A program made the translations under genes and the position numbers. DNA of 64,000 nucleotides from the NCBI GenBank assembly GCA_964247055.1, contig OZ176052.1, positions 2,852,001 to 2,916,000 of the forward strand, in the 5' to 3' direction. Under the pieces are notes generated by a model. It was given only the letters and a program-made list of their open reading frames with translations, was not told where the DNA came from and made no database searches. The stretch is from Paragordius varius (taxonomy: Eukaryota > Animalia > Nematomorpha). Positions 1-13,900 of the stretch are shown piece after piece. The number at the start of each line of letters is the position of its first letter. Position 1 is the first letter of the stretch.

Positions 1-108
1 AAAATATGTTTCCCAAATTTATTTTACAGCAGAGCATGTTTAATTTTTGAAAACGCAAGAAATATTACATAATTTATTCACTACTAACTTATTTAAATAT
101 GCATACAG

Positions 109-318
109 GCTAATGTCAAATATCTCATTGACCATCTAAGAAAAATCTTAACGCACAGCAACGCAAATAAAATGGATATCGATAATTTAGCCAAAGTGTT
201 TGGTCCTTTACTTTTGCTCCCTTCTAGCCAATCTATCAACCCAAATCCACATCAAGCCTATCTTATCTTTAAGCATTTGTTTCAATCATGGGACTCTTAC
301 TTTGAAACACTACCCTAA
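109..318 (+). CDS. Terminal coding exon of a RhoGAP-domain protein (gene starts upstream of the window)
   Basis: TACTAAC branch point at 82-88 and CAG acceptor at 106-108. Open frame ANVKYLIDHLRKILTHSNANKMDIDNLAKVFGPLLL...WDSYFETLP* matches the RhoGAP C-terminal signature (YLxxHL...NxMxxxNLAxVFGP). This frame is not in the ORF track. Confidence 0.8.
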   Translation, partial: ANVKYLIDHLRKILTHSNANKMDIDNLAKVFGPLLLLPSSQSINPNPHQAYLIFKHLFQSWDSYFETLP

Positions 319-922
319 ATGTTGTTTACAAACCGATTTTAATGCTGAAACAGCACTTATTTTACAAAAAATAAATAAAAACTTTGGTACCAAAAGTTAA
401 ATTCATCCACCCTTCTATTTCAATAAAATTACAAATTTATTTTGGTAAATGTTGTTTCCTATTACATTTGTAAAACGCACCGGTGATATAAGATGGCATT
501 TAAAGCTTTAATAACACATGTATAATGAATGCATAAAATGGAATTTTCAAATGCATTTATTTTCTCATCATCAACCGTAAAGATTTTAACAAATAAATTA
601 TTTATTTTTATTCATTTAACATATTAATTAATTAAATATTAGGGTGGCAATGGTAAAAAATTCATATAAACTAATTTACCAAACTAATTTAATAAATCCA
701 ATAATTATTGACAATTTGGTATTATAAGGTTGATGTAAACTAACAGTAGATTATTAGAGTTTTTTTAAATGGCCAAATTCTTATTTAATAAAAATATTAA
801 ATAATCATTATAATAAACATCTATACAACTATCTTTTAGCTATTAACTTCATTTCTTAATTTTTAATTATTTTTATGAATTGATTGAAATTGATTCATAA
901 TATCATAAGTAATTTTCCATTA

Positions 923-2590
923 TCTACATATTTATAAAAATGGAAAATGCTGGCTTTGTGATCGGTTTCCGGAAAACCGGTAGACCCATTTAAATCCAAA
1001 TGTCGAAAAAATATATCATTAATTAATGCCCCGACAATAGCTTTTCTTTTTTGAATTAGGCCCCCAGTTCAGGCCCACCCCGTGTAAAAAAACGGGTTTT
1101 TCGAAAACAGAAGTCCACAATAATCGTACCTTTAAGACAATTTTCCGGAAAACGTGTTGAACCATTCGATTTCAAATATGATTTTTTTAACTTTTTGTCG
1201 ATTGCGCCGAACATAGTCGGCTCGCTTTTTTAATTTAGGCCCTCTTTTTACCCGCTCCCCCCGTAAAATGCCATTTTTTTCAAAAAAATTAAGTCCTTAA
1301 AAATAATATTTTAAATCTATTTTTGCCCAAGGTATGAGACCATAAAAATTTAACAAGTAAGGTATTCCCAGTTAAAAGGCAAACATTTTAATCGTGCGTT
1401 TTTTTATATTGGGTGCTGAAGCAGATACCCTCTAAAAACTGTCCCGTCATATTGAAATAGCGTGGCTTTGGGGCTAAATTTCAGAAAACCTATCTGGCCA
1501 TATGAGTTCTATAGGTGCTTAAAATATAACCCGTAACAAGGCAAAAATTTAGGTCGTGCGGTATTAAAAAATTAGCCGTTAGTTGTCAATTCACGCCTTG
1601 GAAAATGCGCCACCATGATTTTTTAATTTTAAGGCATTTTTTCCAAAAACTAATGTGAGCATATGGAATTCATGATTCCAAGTATCTTCTGTAAACAAAA
1701 TTTTAATCGAACGTCTTTTTTATATTGGTGTTTGGTTAGGGGGCTACCCGCTAACACCTGCGCCACCATATCGATACAACGTGACTTTAGGCATATTTTA
1801 GAAGACTTATCAGGCCATAATGTTTAATAAGGACTTGAAAAATTACCTGTAAAAAGGCAAAAATTTAAGTAGAGCGGTTTTAAATTACCCCTTTATAAGG
1901 CCCTTGCCCTGAAAAATGCGCCATTATAGAATGACTTTGATTTTGAGGCAATTTTTTGAAAATCCTACAAGAGAATGATTCCAGGTATTACCCGAATTAA
2001 GGCAAAATTAATCGAGCGTTTTTTGTTTCGCCCCTGGTTAGGGGGCTACCCGGGTAAAACTGCTTCACCATATCGACAGCATGCCTTTGGAGCTAAATTT
2101 CAAACCTATAAGTTTAATAGGAACATATGGAATCCATGATAATTTTATATTTCCCATATAAAGGCAAAAAATTTGCCCAAAGTTTTTTTATACCTGCCCC
2201 TGGGTAAGGAGCTACTTGCCAAAAACTGCACCACTATAAAGAAATAGCGTTGTTTTGGAGCTAATTTTCAGAAAATTTATGTAGCCATATGAACTCATTA
2301 AAAACTTGAAAAATTACCCGTAACTAGGTAAAAATTAAAGTCAGGCTTTTTTTATTAATACGCCATCCTATAACGATTATCTAGTGTTGAGGTAATTTTT
2401 TGAATGACCCATGATACGATGGTATCAAAAATGATTCCAAATATCAGTCCTATAGCGGCAAAGAAAACTCCGCGCTTTTTCATAAGTCTATGGGTAGGGG
2501 TCTATCGGTTTAAAACTGAGACGCCATACAAAAATGGCGTGAATTTGGAACTAATTTTCAAAAAACTCAAGAAGCCATACGAGTTAAGTT
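923..2590 (+). mobile_element. Non-autonomous Helitron-like element, copy lacking its 3' terminus
   Basis: Starts A|TCTACATATTTATAAAAATGGAAAATGC and is colinear with the complete copy at 44960-46430. Contains several degenerate ~300-bp internal tandem units. No 3' hairpin/CTAG seen. Confidence 0.7.
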
Positions 2591-3482
2591 AAACACATTT
2601 CTAGGGAATTTGTATTATATCGACCACAAATGATTTACTTTTTATATCCCTTGATCCCAGTGTGGACACAATTTCAAATAAAAGTTTTAACCATGATTTT
2701 GTAAAACGAAAATCTCGAAATAAATCCAATGATGGTTGAATATTAACTTTAATAAAGGAAAGTTTAGATATGGTCGATTTCGAATAAACAATATTAGAGC
2801 CTATGCAAAAACCCGTAAAAGAATAAGTATAGACATTCTTTTTATTAATTATGTTTTTTATAATTCTTTTATATCAATTACAGAATTATCGGTGAGACTA
2901 GGCCACAGCGACGCCAGTTAGAAATTCAATATAATCATTTTATTTCACAATGCTTATTTCTGCTTCAATAGTATATCATAGCGTCCTACTTTTCTTTTGA
3001 ATTTAATAGATAGATAGAATAAATTGCTTTTTAAAAATTGGGGTTAAACACATAAAAAAATGAATGCCAAAACCCACAATCAACTAATAGTGATTATACC
3101 CTAAACTTTTGGAATAAAAAATGCTCGATTTTTAATTTAAATACTAAAATGTTTAAGCCTTTTTCAGTATTTGCTATGCTATAATTATCCAAAATCATTA
3201 AATGTTTAAAGTTAAGCTTAATTTATCGCAATTTTTGGATGTTACCGCATTTAGTTAATTGTTGTCTATATTATAAAAAAGCAAAAATTTTAGCATGTTG
3301 CAGAATAAAACTACAATATAAAACAATAAATTATGGTTTTTCATATACTGTATACATTTTATAACAGGGATGTATACGCGGCTGCAAAAAACTTAAAAGT
3401 GGTCAAAAATCTTACCAAAATGATATTCCTATAGGTTTTTCCAATTGGCAACAAACTAAAACTTTATATCGTGTTTGCATTA

Positions 3483-4283
3483 CACTGTGTGCAAAAAAAA
3501 TTTTAACAAATTTTATTTGTTGACAACCTAATTTTTGAAATATTGAGTGAAAATCGAAATCGAGGAAAAAGTGAAAATTAAGGATAATTAAGGATAATTC
3601 AAAAGATAATGATAAAATTTGAAATATTATGGTTTATTATCATTTTTATTTACAATAAAATCATATAGTTAGGGTTTCTTTAAAATTTCAGCTCAAAAGA
3701 TGGCGTTTTTCATGTATCACACTCAAAAGTAAATAATTTTTTTAATTATTTACTATCTAAAAACTATTAAAATCTTAACATTCATATTTTATTCAGTAAA
3801 AAAACTTCTATATCAAAATAAAACCAAAAATAATGTTTTTTATTTTTGCATTTTATTGTCATCTGGTTTATGAAGGTATAAAAAATACTGTTTTATTTTG
3901 GATTCTTACATGAGTAGTAATTATTAATTATATAATTTATGCAAAATAGGATTTAAAAGTAGTGGAATATCAACCAACAATCTTTACAAATTCCTGTAAA
4001 AAGTCTGTTTTATAGAAACCCTAACTATATGATTTTAGGCTATTTATAAATTTAACATATATCCTAAAATGATAATAAACCATAATATATCAAATTTTAT
4101 CATTTTGAATTATTTATAATTATCCTTTATTTTCGCTTTTTGGCCGATTCGATTTTCTCTCAATATTTCAAAAACTAGGTTGTCAACAAATAATTTTTGC
4201 GGCAAATGAATTCGCTGGTCATAAGCTATCTCATGAAAAAAAATTTCGTTAAATCAAATTGACCCTCTTTTTTGCACAAAGTG
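3483..4283. mobile_element. Foldback/MITE DNA transposon with long TIRs (CACTGTGTGCAAAAAA termini), copy 1
   Basis: CACTGTGTGCAAAAAA at 3483 and TTTTTTGCACAAAGTG ending at 4283. Arms of ~280 bp are reverse complements. Homologous to 8624-9320 and 11435-12514. Confidence 0.75.
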
Positions 4284-4499
4284 TTATATAGTACTATGGT
4301 TGAAATCTAATAATTAATTATTCATGTATTCTCCTATATATTAGAAATGCGGCTTGCCCGTTTTTCCAAAAATGTCGCCCGCGTAGCCATTTGTGTTGGA
4401 CAACCCTGGTTTATAAATATAACCTTGCATTGACTTAAAAATTTTGAATATGAATTTCAAGCTTTAATTTGCGCCATGCTTTTTTAAATTATGACAAGG

Positions 4500-6100
4500 T
4501 ACAGAGGTTGAGCTACTTAAATAATTTTTAAAATATATAGAAAAGTTTTGAAGTAAAAAATTCCTAACTCATAGGTTTGGCTAAATTCTTTTGGATAATT
4601 TAACACAGTGGTACTCACCAAAAAAATTTGTCGGGCCAAATAAAATATATTTTTTTTTCGAGGGTCATAAACCTTATAATGGCATATATTCCATAGCTTG
4701 ACACATATGCACATATTTAAACTCTAAATCATCACAATGAATTTTTTGCGGATCGCATGCTAATCCAGCTAAAAACTCGTTTTGCACCATATAGTTTAAA
4801 AAATTAAAATATTTTGATATAAAAACCAATAATTTTCGACAAATTTGGTTTCGCCTCATGACAGGCCACTCTTAATACGTCGTTATATGATCATCGGCTA
4901 AGCAATTTCTATATGTATTCTTGGCATACTTCATTTTTGTATATGCCGTCTCAAATGTGTAAGTTGAGGGGAAAACAGTTAGGATAAAAGCACATTTTTT
5001 GTATTTTCATATTTATTTGGCATATCTTGCCAAATTCTTCATATCTTTCTTCTCAACGATTCGCCTTTAATATAGCCTCCAAATTGGAAGCAAAAATCTA
5101 CGAATTCCTCAATGATATGTGCCTGATCAGAACCGAAATGCTCTAAGTTGCTTAATATTGGATATATCCATATGCCATGGATTTTCAACGAGTTTTAAGC
5201 AATTTTTAATATTTCTTAATTTTTGAAATCTGAATTTCATCTCATTATTTATTTATAAAATATTGTTTATATATTATTAATTTTTCTTCAAAAGCAAATT
5301 AGGCTAATAAAACCCACCATTTGTCACTATTGACCTCGTCAAACTTTCTGTTATCTTTTATTAATAGAATTTCATGTCTTAAACAAAAAATCTGTTTAAT
5401 ACTTTTCTAAGGCTTATCCATCTCACAGCGGAGTACAAAATATCAAACTAACTGTGGATATCTCTCAAAAGGTTTTTGATACGGCGGTAGAATTCTCTGC
5501 CACGGATGTGGTTAACTATATCCACAACCGTTTTAATGACTGAATTTAGTGATTCTTCTTTTACACTCGAAACCAAGTTTTGATGATGAATAAAGCAGTG
5601 AAAGGATAATTTTTTTTATTCCAATCATAGAAGGACAGCCATCTGTGCAGATCGAAACCATTTTTTTGATAGATATACCATTATCATCGAAAAAGGTGCT
5701 CATTATTTCGAGAAAATTACTTCCTTTCAAGGTATTATTAATTGGTAAAAGTTTTAAATATTCTTTGTTGATTATGGTCGTAAAATCGTTCATTGAGGGG
5801 TTGAACTAATATTAGGGCTTGAATCAATAGCAATACTAAAATATTTGCAGTTTTTCAGAGCCAATAATGTATTGGTAAAAAGATATTTAGACATATTTTC
5901 AATGCGTCGAGAACATGTTGAATCAGAAAGTTGAAGTTTTTTAATTTGCTTCATGATTTGATCTTTATTATGGAATTTATCAAATAAAAAAGTGCAACCA
6001 TTTATTAGACATTCTTTTATTAGTTAAAAATCAGTAAACGGTTTCATGTTTTTTCCTAAAATATAGCAAATTTCAGATGCTAATGTTAAAGCTTTTCATG
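4500..6100 (-). pseudogene. Decayed hAT (Buster/SPIN/GTF2IRD2-type) transposase
   Basis: ORF 5533-5793 reads KKMVSICTDGCPSMIG, matching the hAT TDGAPxMxG motif. Flanking frames are disrupted by stops and frameshifts. Boundaries approximate. Confidence 0.65.
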
Positions 6101-6759
6101 GGAAAGCTATGGACATAATAGATTTTTCTTTCTAGTATAATTTCTTAAACTTTTTATATTTTTTTCTTTTCTCATGATTTTCTGGTGATTCATGAGAATG
6201 ATGTATTGTAAAATATCTTTCAATATTTTATTTTTATATAATTATGTTGTCCTTACATATAAGGCAGGTAACAACATTTTTATTAAAAGAGCAAAAATTT
6301 TTTCTTCACATTTTCAAAAAAAGCGAATTTCATCGGTTGATTTACGATTTTTGGCATTAGATGGCATATTTTGAATTAATTTTTTCAAAAATAGGATATA
6401 ATTTCAATTATTCTATAAAAGGTTGAAATTTAGTGATGTTGATTTAAAAAATATTTTTTGGAAATTAGTTATAAAAAATGATGGGAAGTTTGGGTGAAAG
6501 GCTTGCTTAAATACAAAAAAGGACTGCAATAAAAATTTTAAAATAGTAAAGAAAATAGAATACAATGACAGAAACAAGTGTGGCAATATTAAAATCATAT
6601 AAATGTAGGTAAATTTTTCTACATTTTAAATTAAGAATAAAAATTACCAAAATTAAATCTAAAGAAAATAATAAATAAAATAAGCGAAAATTGTTTTATG
6701 TGTATTGTAAAAATTCATCAATAAAAAAATAATATAAATATTAATATTGTCATAGGGCC

Positions 6760-7150
6760 TGGGGTTTTATACACCAAGGCCATTTAAAATTTATATATCT
6801 AAAAAAATATTTTTAGCATTAGGCCAAATTTAAAAATGGTTTCTTTAGTTTAGGCGCATAATACAATTTTTTGAAAAAATATATAATTGTAAAAATCCTC
6901 ATCTCAAACTTTTTCGCCGCCATTTTTTTCTTTAATTTTTTAAATCGTGAATACAACACGCAAATAAATGTATACTATGGTTGATAAATATAAACAATTA
7001 ATTTTGAAAAGCTATCAAATCGCCTTTAGTTATTAATATATCAGCTGTTCGTTTCATTTGTGTTTTGGAGTTATCTGTTGGTTTATGTTTTATTTCTATT
7101 ATAGGAAAAGAGGGTTAAACCAAAACAACTTTCAAAAGAGTTTTTTAGTA
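6760..7150. repeat. Dispersed repeat family of unknown class, also at ~7935-8260 and ~52545-52930
   Basis: Shared blocks such as CTTTTT(C)GCCGCCATTT, AAATCG(C)TGA(A)TACAACA(C/T)GCAAAT and CAGCTGTT..TTC..TGTTTT recur at the three loci. Boundaries approximate. Confidence 0.55.
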
Positions 7151-7339
7151 TGGGAATAAAAAATACCCCAAAAAGTAATAGTGTGTTTAAAAAACAAAAC
7201 TTATATGCTTTATTGCAATTTTTTATAATAGCGTATGGTAATAAACAGCAAATGGTTGAAATTGAACAATTTATTACTATATTTTAACGTTATATTTTAT
7301 AATTATATGGGCAGACTATATTTATGACATACTCTAGTG

Positions 7340-7420
7340 CAGGGGTGTCCAAAAGGCCAGGGGCAGCATGCGGTAAAAAATTTTTACAGCCCGCTAAAAA
7401 TTTACTAAAAATCTAAATAA
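7340..7420 (+). mobile_element. hAT-type terminal fragment (CAGGGGTGTCCAA); related ends at 4345-4408, 13745-13812 and 31496-31725
   Basis: CAGGGGTGTCCAA at 7340, TTGGACAACCCTG ending near 4408 and CAGGGGTTTTCAA at 31496, each next to GCGGC(C/T) subterminal motifs typical of SPIN/Buster-like hAT ends. Confidence 0.5.
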
Positions 7421-8623
7421 ATATAACATTTATAATTTAAGAAAAAAATAGTAAAATTAAAAAAAGCTTAATTATCTTTTTTAACACCATTAATTGTTCG
7501 GTAATGGTAATTTCCAGGCCTTTTACCCTTAAATTGGATTTAAGTACTGTGTTTTTTAAACATTATCAATTAAAAATTTATATAGAAGAAGACATAAGTA
7601 GATTCAAAATGTTTATTAGAGATGAACTCAAAATTTGATAGTAAAAATGTAGGCAAAAAATATATCGTTTTAATTGCCAACGAATAAACGAAAATCTAAA
7701 TAATTAGTAGTATCGTTGTCGTTTTTGCACATCTTGATTTACATATAAAATAATTATTGATGTGCAGTTATATTCGCCATTCAAATTTAACACTCCATGA
7801 CCTTTTAAGGTAATTTTAAATCTTAAAGCGATTTGAAAATTGAATAAAAAAGATATTTAAAGTATAATAAGCTGAGTTTAAATGATTTATTTAACCTTTT
7901 AGGGGCAATATTAAATTTAAATAAAATGTAAAATTTAAAAATCATCCTCATCCCAAACTTTTTCGTCGATATTTTTTTTTCTTTTATTATTTTCAAATCG
8001 CTGATGCCACAGGAAAATAAATGTATATTATAATTATAAAATGTAAATAATTAACTTTGTGTGCTTTCAGGTTGCATTTTCAGAAATATTATATGTATTC
8101 ATTTTAAATTCAGTATCATGTTTTGGAGTTGTCCCAATTTTCGATTTAGAAGTCATAAAACAGTAAAAAATATAAGCTTTTTTATCTAATACAAATGGGT
8201 GATAATTAAATTTTAACTAAAATAATTTTCAAAACAGTAGTTTTTGAGCTTTGGAATACAGTCATGGCGGACAAAAATGTGAAAAGATCGTGTAGATATT
8301 AAATTTATTTTGTAACTATTTACATTTAACAGAAGAAGTTTTTTAATCGTACCATTTATATGTGTGGTTAAACCTGCTAAATATTATTCGGAAATTAAAT
8401 TAATAAAGTATAGGAAAAAAAATTTAATTTAAACTATTTGTTGTTTTTTACCATACGCTATTAGCCTTACATAATTTTTCCTATATTATTTCATTAACTA
8501 TTTTAGGCACCACTGAATTTTTTTATTTACAATAATTTTCAAATATGTAAATAATGAAAACGAAAAATCTCACACACGCCAACTGACATACTCTTTTAGC
8601 CTAAACTATAGATGGTCTATAAA

Positions 8624-9320
8624 CACTGTGTGCAAAAAAGAGGGTCATTTTGATTTAACGAAAAAATTTTTTTCATGAGATAGCTTATGACCAGTGTATT
8701 CATTTGCCGCAAAAATTTTTATTTGTTGACAACCTAGTTTTTGAAATATTGAGAGAAAATCGAAATCGGGCAAAAAGTGAAAATTAAGTATAATTAAGGA
8801 TAATTCAAAAAATAATGATAAAATCTGAAATATTATCGTTTATTATCATTTTAGGAGATATTTTTAATATATAAATAGCCTAAAAACATAGATTTCTATA
8901 AAATTTCAGGTCAAAAGATGGCGTTTTTCTTTTTTCCCACTTAAAAGACAAAAAAATTTAATTAAACTATATTAAAATAATTTTTATTAATTATTTACTA
9001 CCTAAACTCACTATTAAAATCTTAACATTCATATTTTATTCAGTAAGATAAATTTGTAAATCAAAATAAAACCAAAAATATTGTTTTTTTATTTTTGCAT
9101 TTTTTTGTCATCTGGTTTATGAGTGTATAAAAAATTTATACTGTTTATTTTGGATTATTACATGATTAGGCATTATTAAGTATATAATTTATGCAAAATA
9201 GGATTTAAAAGTAGCGGAATATCAACCAACAATCCTTATAATTTCCTGTAACAAGTTTGTTTTACGACAAATTAATATTTGTATTGGGATTTGTACGGAT
9301 TGTTGGTTGATATATCACTA
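8624..9320. mobile_element. Foldback/MITE family copy 2 (left arm and centre)
   Basis: CACTGTGTGCAAAAAAGAGGGTC terminus at 8624, colinear with copies 1 and 3. Most of the right arm is missing. Confidence 0.7.
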
Positions 9321-10971
9321 AAGTTGTACCATGAAATAAAGATAGCAAAGATTAACAAATTTATTGGAATTTCAAACTTAAATCCTATCCTTCCCTGACT
9401 TGCACGTTTACACACTTTTTCCCAAAGCGTTAAAAAAATATTACTTCTAGTTTTGCCTTCTTTCAACAATAATAAAATGATGAGAAAAATCCAATTTACA
9501 AAGCCTTATAAAAAATTTACTTCATTTCTTAAGCAATTAATTTTAAAAAATATGAATTACGAAAAATTATTATACTAGAGAGGCGATCTCAAGCAATGCA
9601 TTGAATAAAAGTTGAAAAAGTGTAATATGATATATGATTGTAAATGAATTTCTTCTTCCTCACTTACAAATGGGTAATTTTAGAATTGACCACAGATGGA
9701 TTTTGCCTGTAATTTATTCTCAACACGCATACATTTAAATTTACTATAAATTTTTCTACACTTTTAATGTGAATTTAAACTATTTTATTTCTTATATAAA
9801 TTACCTTGCTTGTCAATATATGTTTCTTAAAAAGATAAACTATCAATAAAATTGAGATCAAATATCCAATATTTTGATTACTTTGTTATAATAAATTGCT
9901 AACGAAGTGTGTCGTTTTATTTCTACGATATCAATTTTTTATTCGTTATATGAATTTTTTTATGCTTTCATTTTTTCATCATGTGTAATTTTTTTGATTT
10001 AATTTTGAAGAAAACAACAATATAAAATGTTTTTTTTTAACAAAAAACAATAAATTATGAGAAATCGTAATGTATGTTAAAGGTCAAGTGTAGAATTTTT
10101 TGTATGCGAGAAATGATTTTTTCTAAATGCACAATGTTTTAAATTTTAAATCTAAGCTTTTTTTTAAATCATTTACCACCCCATTTTCCCTAATATTTAG
10201 AAAAAATATAATTATAATCATTATGAATGTGACATAATTTTTGGCTCATATATCTTTAAAAAATCTCATTCAAACAAACTTCCCATGGGAAAACTATTAA
10301 ATATTTTTCTATCTTTTCGCAAATTATCTTCCATATAATTTATTGCAACACTGTTCATATTCCGCTTCATATAAAATTATCAGAAGTTGTTTGTCAAAAA
10401 AGTACAGATGTTTAGAAATTTGAGTCCATAAAAACATCGTATCTTAAATGCGGTACCATTTTTATGTTTTATCTGAAAAATAATGCATCATTATCTATCC
10501 TTCTCAATAAACCATGATTTTAACTGTAAACATTGTACCCCGAACATCAAAATTATCAATTGGGTTTCAATCAAATTTTATTTCACAAGTATATTTATCT
10601 TCTATTTAAATATTACTCACATATATTATCGGAATTAGAACCGAAATCATTAGTTTTTTAGGAACCGTAGTTCTTTTTAAAAAATAATGATTAAAAATTT
10701 TTGATACATGGTAAATCTATATATTTTTTTCAAATTATAAATATATGGTTAGAAAGTAACGTGATTCATCGTGATTCGGGTTTGAATTGAGTAAAAGGCT
10801 ATTTATAATTTACATGTTTGTTGGTATGTGTATTTTCCATTTTATTATTTACATAATTTATAGTTTAAAATTGTAAAAAACTACAATGGCGCCTGTCTAC
10901 ATGAAATATTTTACTAGAAATAATTTTAATGTATTACAATATAGCTCTCGTTTCTGTTAACATGTTATGAC

Positions 10972-13900
10972 ATGGTTATAGTTTACTCCTTAAGTCATTA
11001 TTCCTTCTATTGCCTTTAAAATTTATTTATTGGTTTTATTTTACAGTAATCATCTCCTTAATACTGATAAAAACCTATTCAAATTCAATCATTGACACCT
11101 GCTGTAAAAGCGGAAATAACCATGCCTTTGCAGAATCGGAATGTAGACCAATGTCTTTCCAGGTATTATCTTTTATCCAATATTTTACTAAAAAATAATT
11201 AGCTACATCTTGTAATGGGATGATTTTTATTTTATTTCTTTAAGTTATAATCAATATATAAAAACAGTATCATAAATGTTGGTAAATTTCCTTTATTGTC
11301 GGTCATATACAAGAGCTTTATATAAAAAAGAAACGGTTGAAACTTCATTTTTTGCAACAAATATATTTAATTATGGACATTTGTTTTATATTTGTGTCCA
11401 AAAAAGGGGGGTTATTATTTTTAACAAAATTACAAGATAGCTTATGACCAGCTCAATTTGCTGCAAAAATTTTTATTGTTGACGACCTAATTTTTGAAAT
11501 TTTGGGAGAAAATCAAAAATGGAAAAGTGAAAATGAAGGATAAATACAGATATTTAAAAAAATCATGATAGAACTTGAGATATTATGGTATTATCATTTT
11601 AGCAGATATTTGCAATTTATAAATAGCCTTAATAGTTTGGGTTTTTGTTAAATATTCATATAAAAAAATCGCGTTTAGACAAAATTTTTTTTATTATGTT
11701 AAAAAAAATTTTTTTAAATTATTTCCTAGCTAAACTTGCTACCAAAATCTTAATATTCGTATTTTCAGTAAAAAATATCAAAATAATTTTTTTTTATTTT
11801 TTCATTTTTTTGTCATCCGGTTTATGAGTGTACAAAAAATTTATACTGTTTTATTTTGGAATTTTACAAGAGTGGAAATCATAAAGTATATAATTTATGC
11901 AAGTATTGGAATATCAACCAACAATCCTTACAAATCCCTGTAACAGGTTTGTTTTAACACAAATTAATATGTTTACTAATTTGTACGGATTTTTGGTTGA
12001 TGTTCCACTACTTGTAAATCCTTTTATATAATTTATAATTTTCGTTAATGTATGACTCCAAAATAAAACAGTAAATATTTTACACTTATAAACCAAATAT
12101 AAAAAAATGAAAAAATAATTTTTTTTAGTTTTAATTTGATAATAAAAGTTTTTTTACTGAATAAAATATGAATGTTAAAATTAATAGTAAATTTAACTAG
12201 TAAATAATTAAAATTTTTTTTTCAATAATTTCATAATTATTTTTTGTCTTTTAAGGACGTAAAAACACTCATTTTTTATCTGAATTTTTTATATATACCT
12301 TAACTATATGATTTTAGGCTATTTATTGTAAATAGCTGCTAAATAAATATAATGACTATGATATTTTAATTTCTATCATTATTTTTTAAATATCCTTAAT
12401 TATCCTTAATTTTAACTTTTTGCCCAATTTTGATATTCTCACAACATTTCAAAAAGCAGGTCGTCAACAAATAAAAATTTTGCGGCAAATGAATTCGCTG
12501 GTCATAAGCTATCTGAAATTTTTTTTTAAATTTTCATAGTGTTGCTATTGTATTACATTGAATAACATTAATATGACCAACATTAATGTGCTTATTGTAT
12601 TATGTAAATATAATAAAAATGAAAAGACATAATCCACAGAAATCATTTTTTAGCCAATTCACATATCAAAATGGCCATAATAGATTTCATAGCTGTGGTA
12701 AAAACGACAACAAAAGCAATGTTTTAATAAATGACATATATAAACAAAAAGTATATGTAGGTTTAATAATTTTTTTATAAAAAAATAGGCTATATTGATG
12801 CATTATTTTAGTTACCACCAGGGATCAAAACTAACGATTCAACACTATGTAGGATTTCACAATTACTATGTTGCCAAAAATCACTAGCCACATCAAGATG
12901 TGATATCGCCAAACAATTTGTAATGGAACATGGGCTCAATACTAATTGTTCAGCTGCGTGGACCAACGAACTTTTATCAGAGTCTCAATCAGGATCTCAC
13001 ATAATCCCTGCACCGACAGTAAATTAAATTTAAAAAATAATTATATAATTCTTTCAAGTATCAAAAAAACAACTGGTAGTGGTTAAAACCGGATTTTTAC
13101 AAGAACAATCATTACGATTACCATGACAGCCGTGAATTTCAGTGTTTGGGTTTATTGCTTTAAATACATTGTATCCTTTTTTTTAAATTGAAAAGCTGGT
13201 AGTTTTCTCAATATGATAGTGCCAAAATTGAGAAACTTCAATTATGAGCGAACCAATACACTTTAACATACAAAAATGTTTAGAAATGTTGTGAATGCTG
13301 TAAAATGGGACTCCTAAGCTCAAATTCAAGTGGAATTTCTTGTGACGAACTTATGAATTTCGGCACATGTCAAAACGTAGCTCAAGAATGCTGTGTAAGT
13401 TGGAAAAATCACAAAGCCAATCACGACCTCAACGCCAAATTGGACCTACCATGTGAGTCGTTAATTTTATCTGTCCTAAGACATATATTTATCTTGAAAA
13501 TAAATTTATAATACATTATAAACTTAAACTATACACATAAGATCTAGCTTCTGAAATGCATTAAATTATGTGCGGCTGCGAAAAATTTGGAATATCACAA
13601 TTTGCTAAAATATGCTCACAATTATTTACTAGGATTTATTAAATTCAACCAATAAACACAAACCAGAAAAAATTGTTTTTAATTTGTTTGAAATTTGATA
13701 AAAAATTTATTAATGCCCATATATATATATATATATATATATTTCTAACCCGGCCCGGGACTTTTTTGAGTTAAATGTGGCTCGCAAAGACATTTGTTTT
13801 GGCCAGCTTGCATTAAATGATTTGATATATAACTGGTAGGATTACGTTTATTTATTTCTAAGGTTAGACCTAACGGAAAAAGTGATCCAACCGTGACTGT

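Noticed and set aside
200-400. ORF-track ORF 200-400 and the many 60-90 aa AT-rich ORFs with TTG/GTG starts
   Set aside because: Wrong frame (the real RhoGAP exon is 109-318), or low-complexity F/I/K/L/N/Y-rich chance ORFs in AT-rich non-coding DNA.
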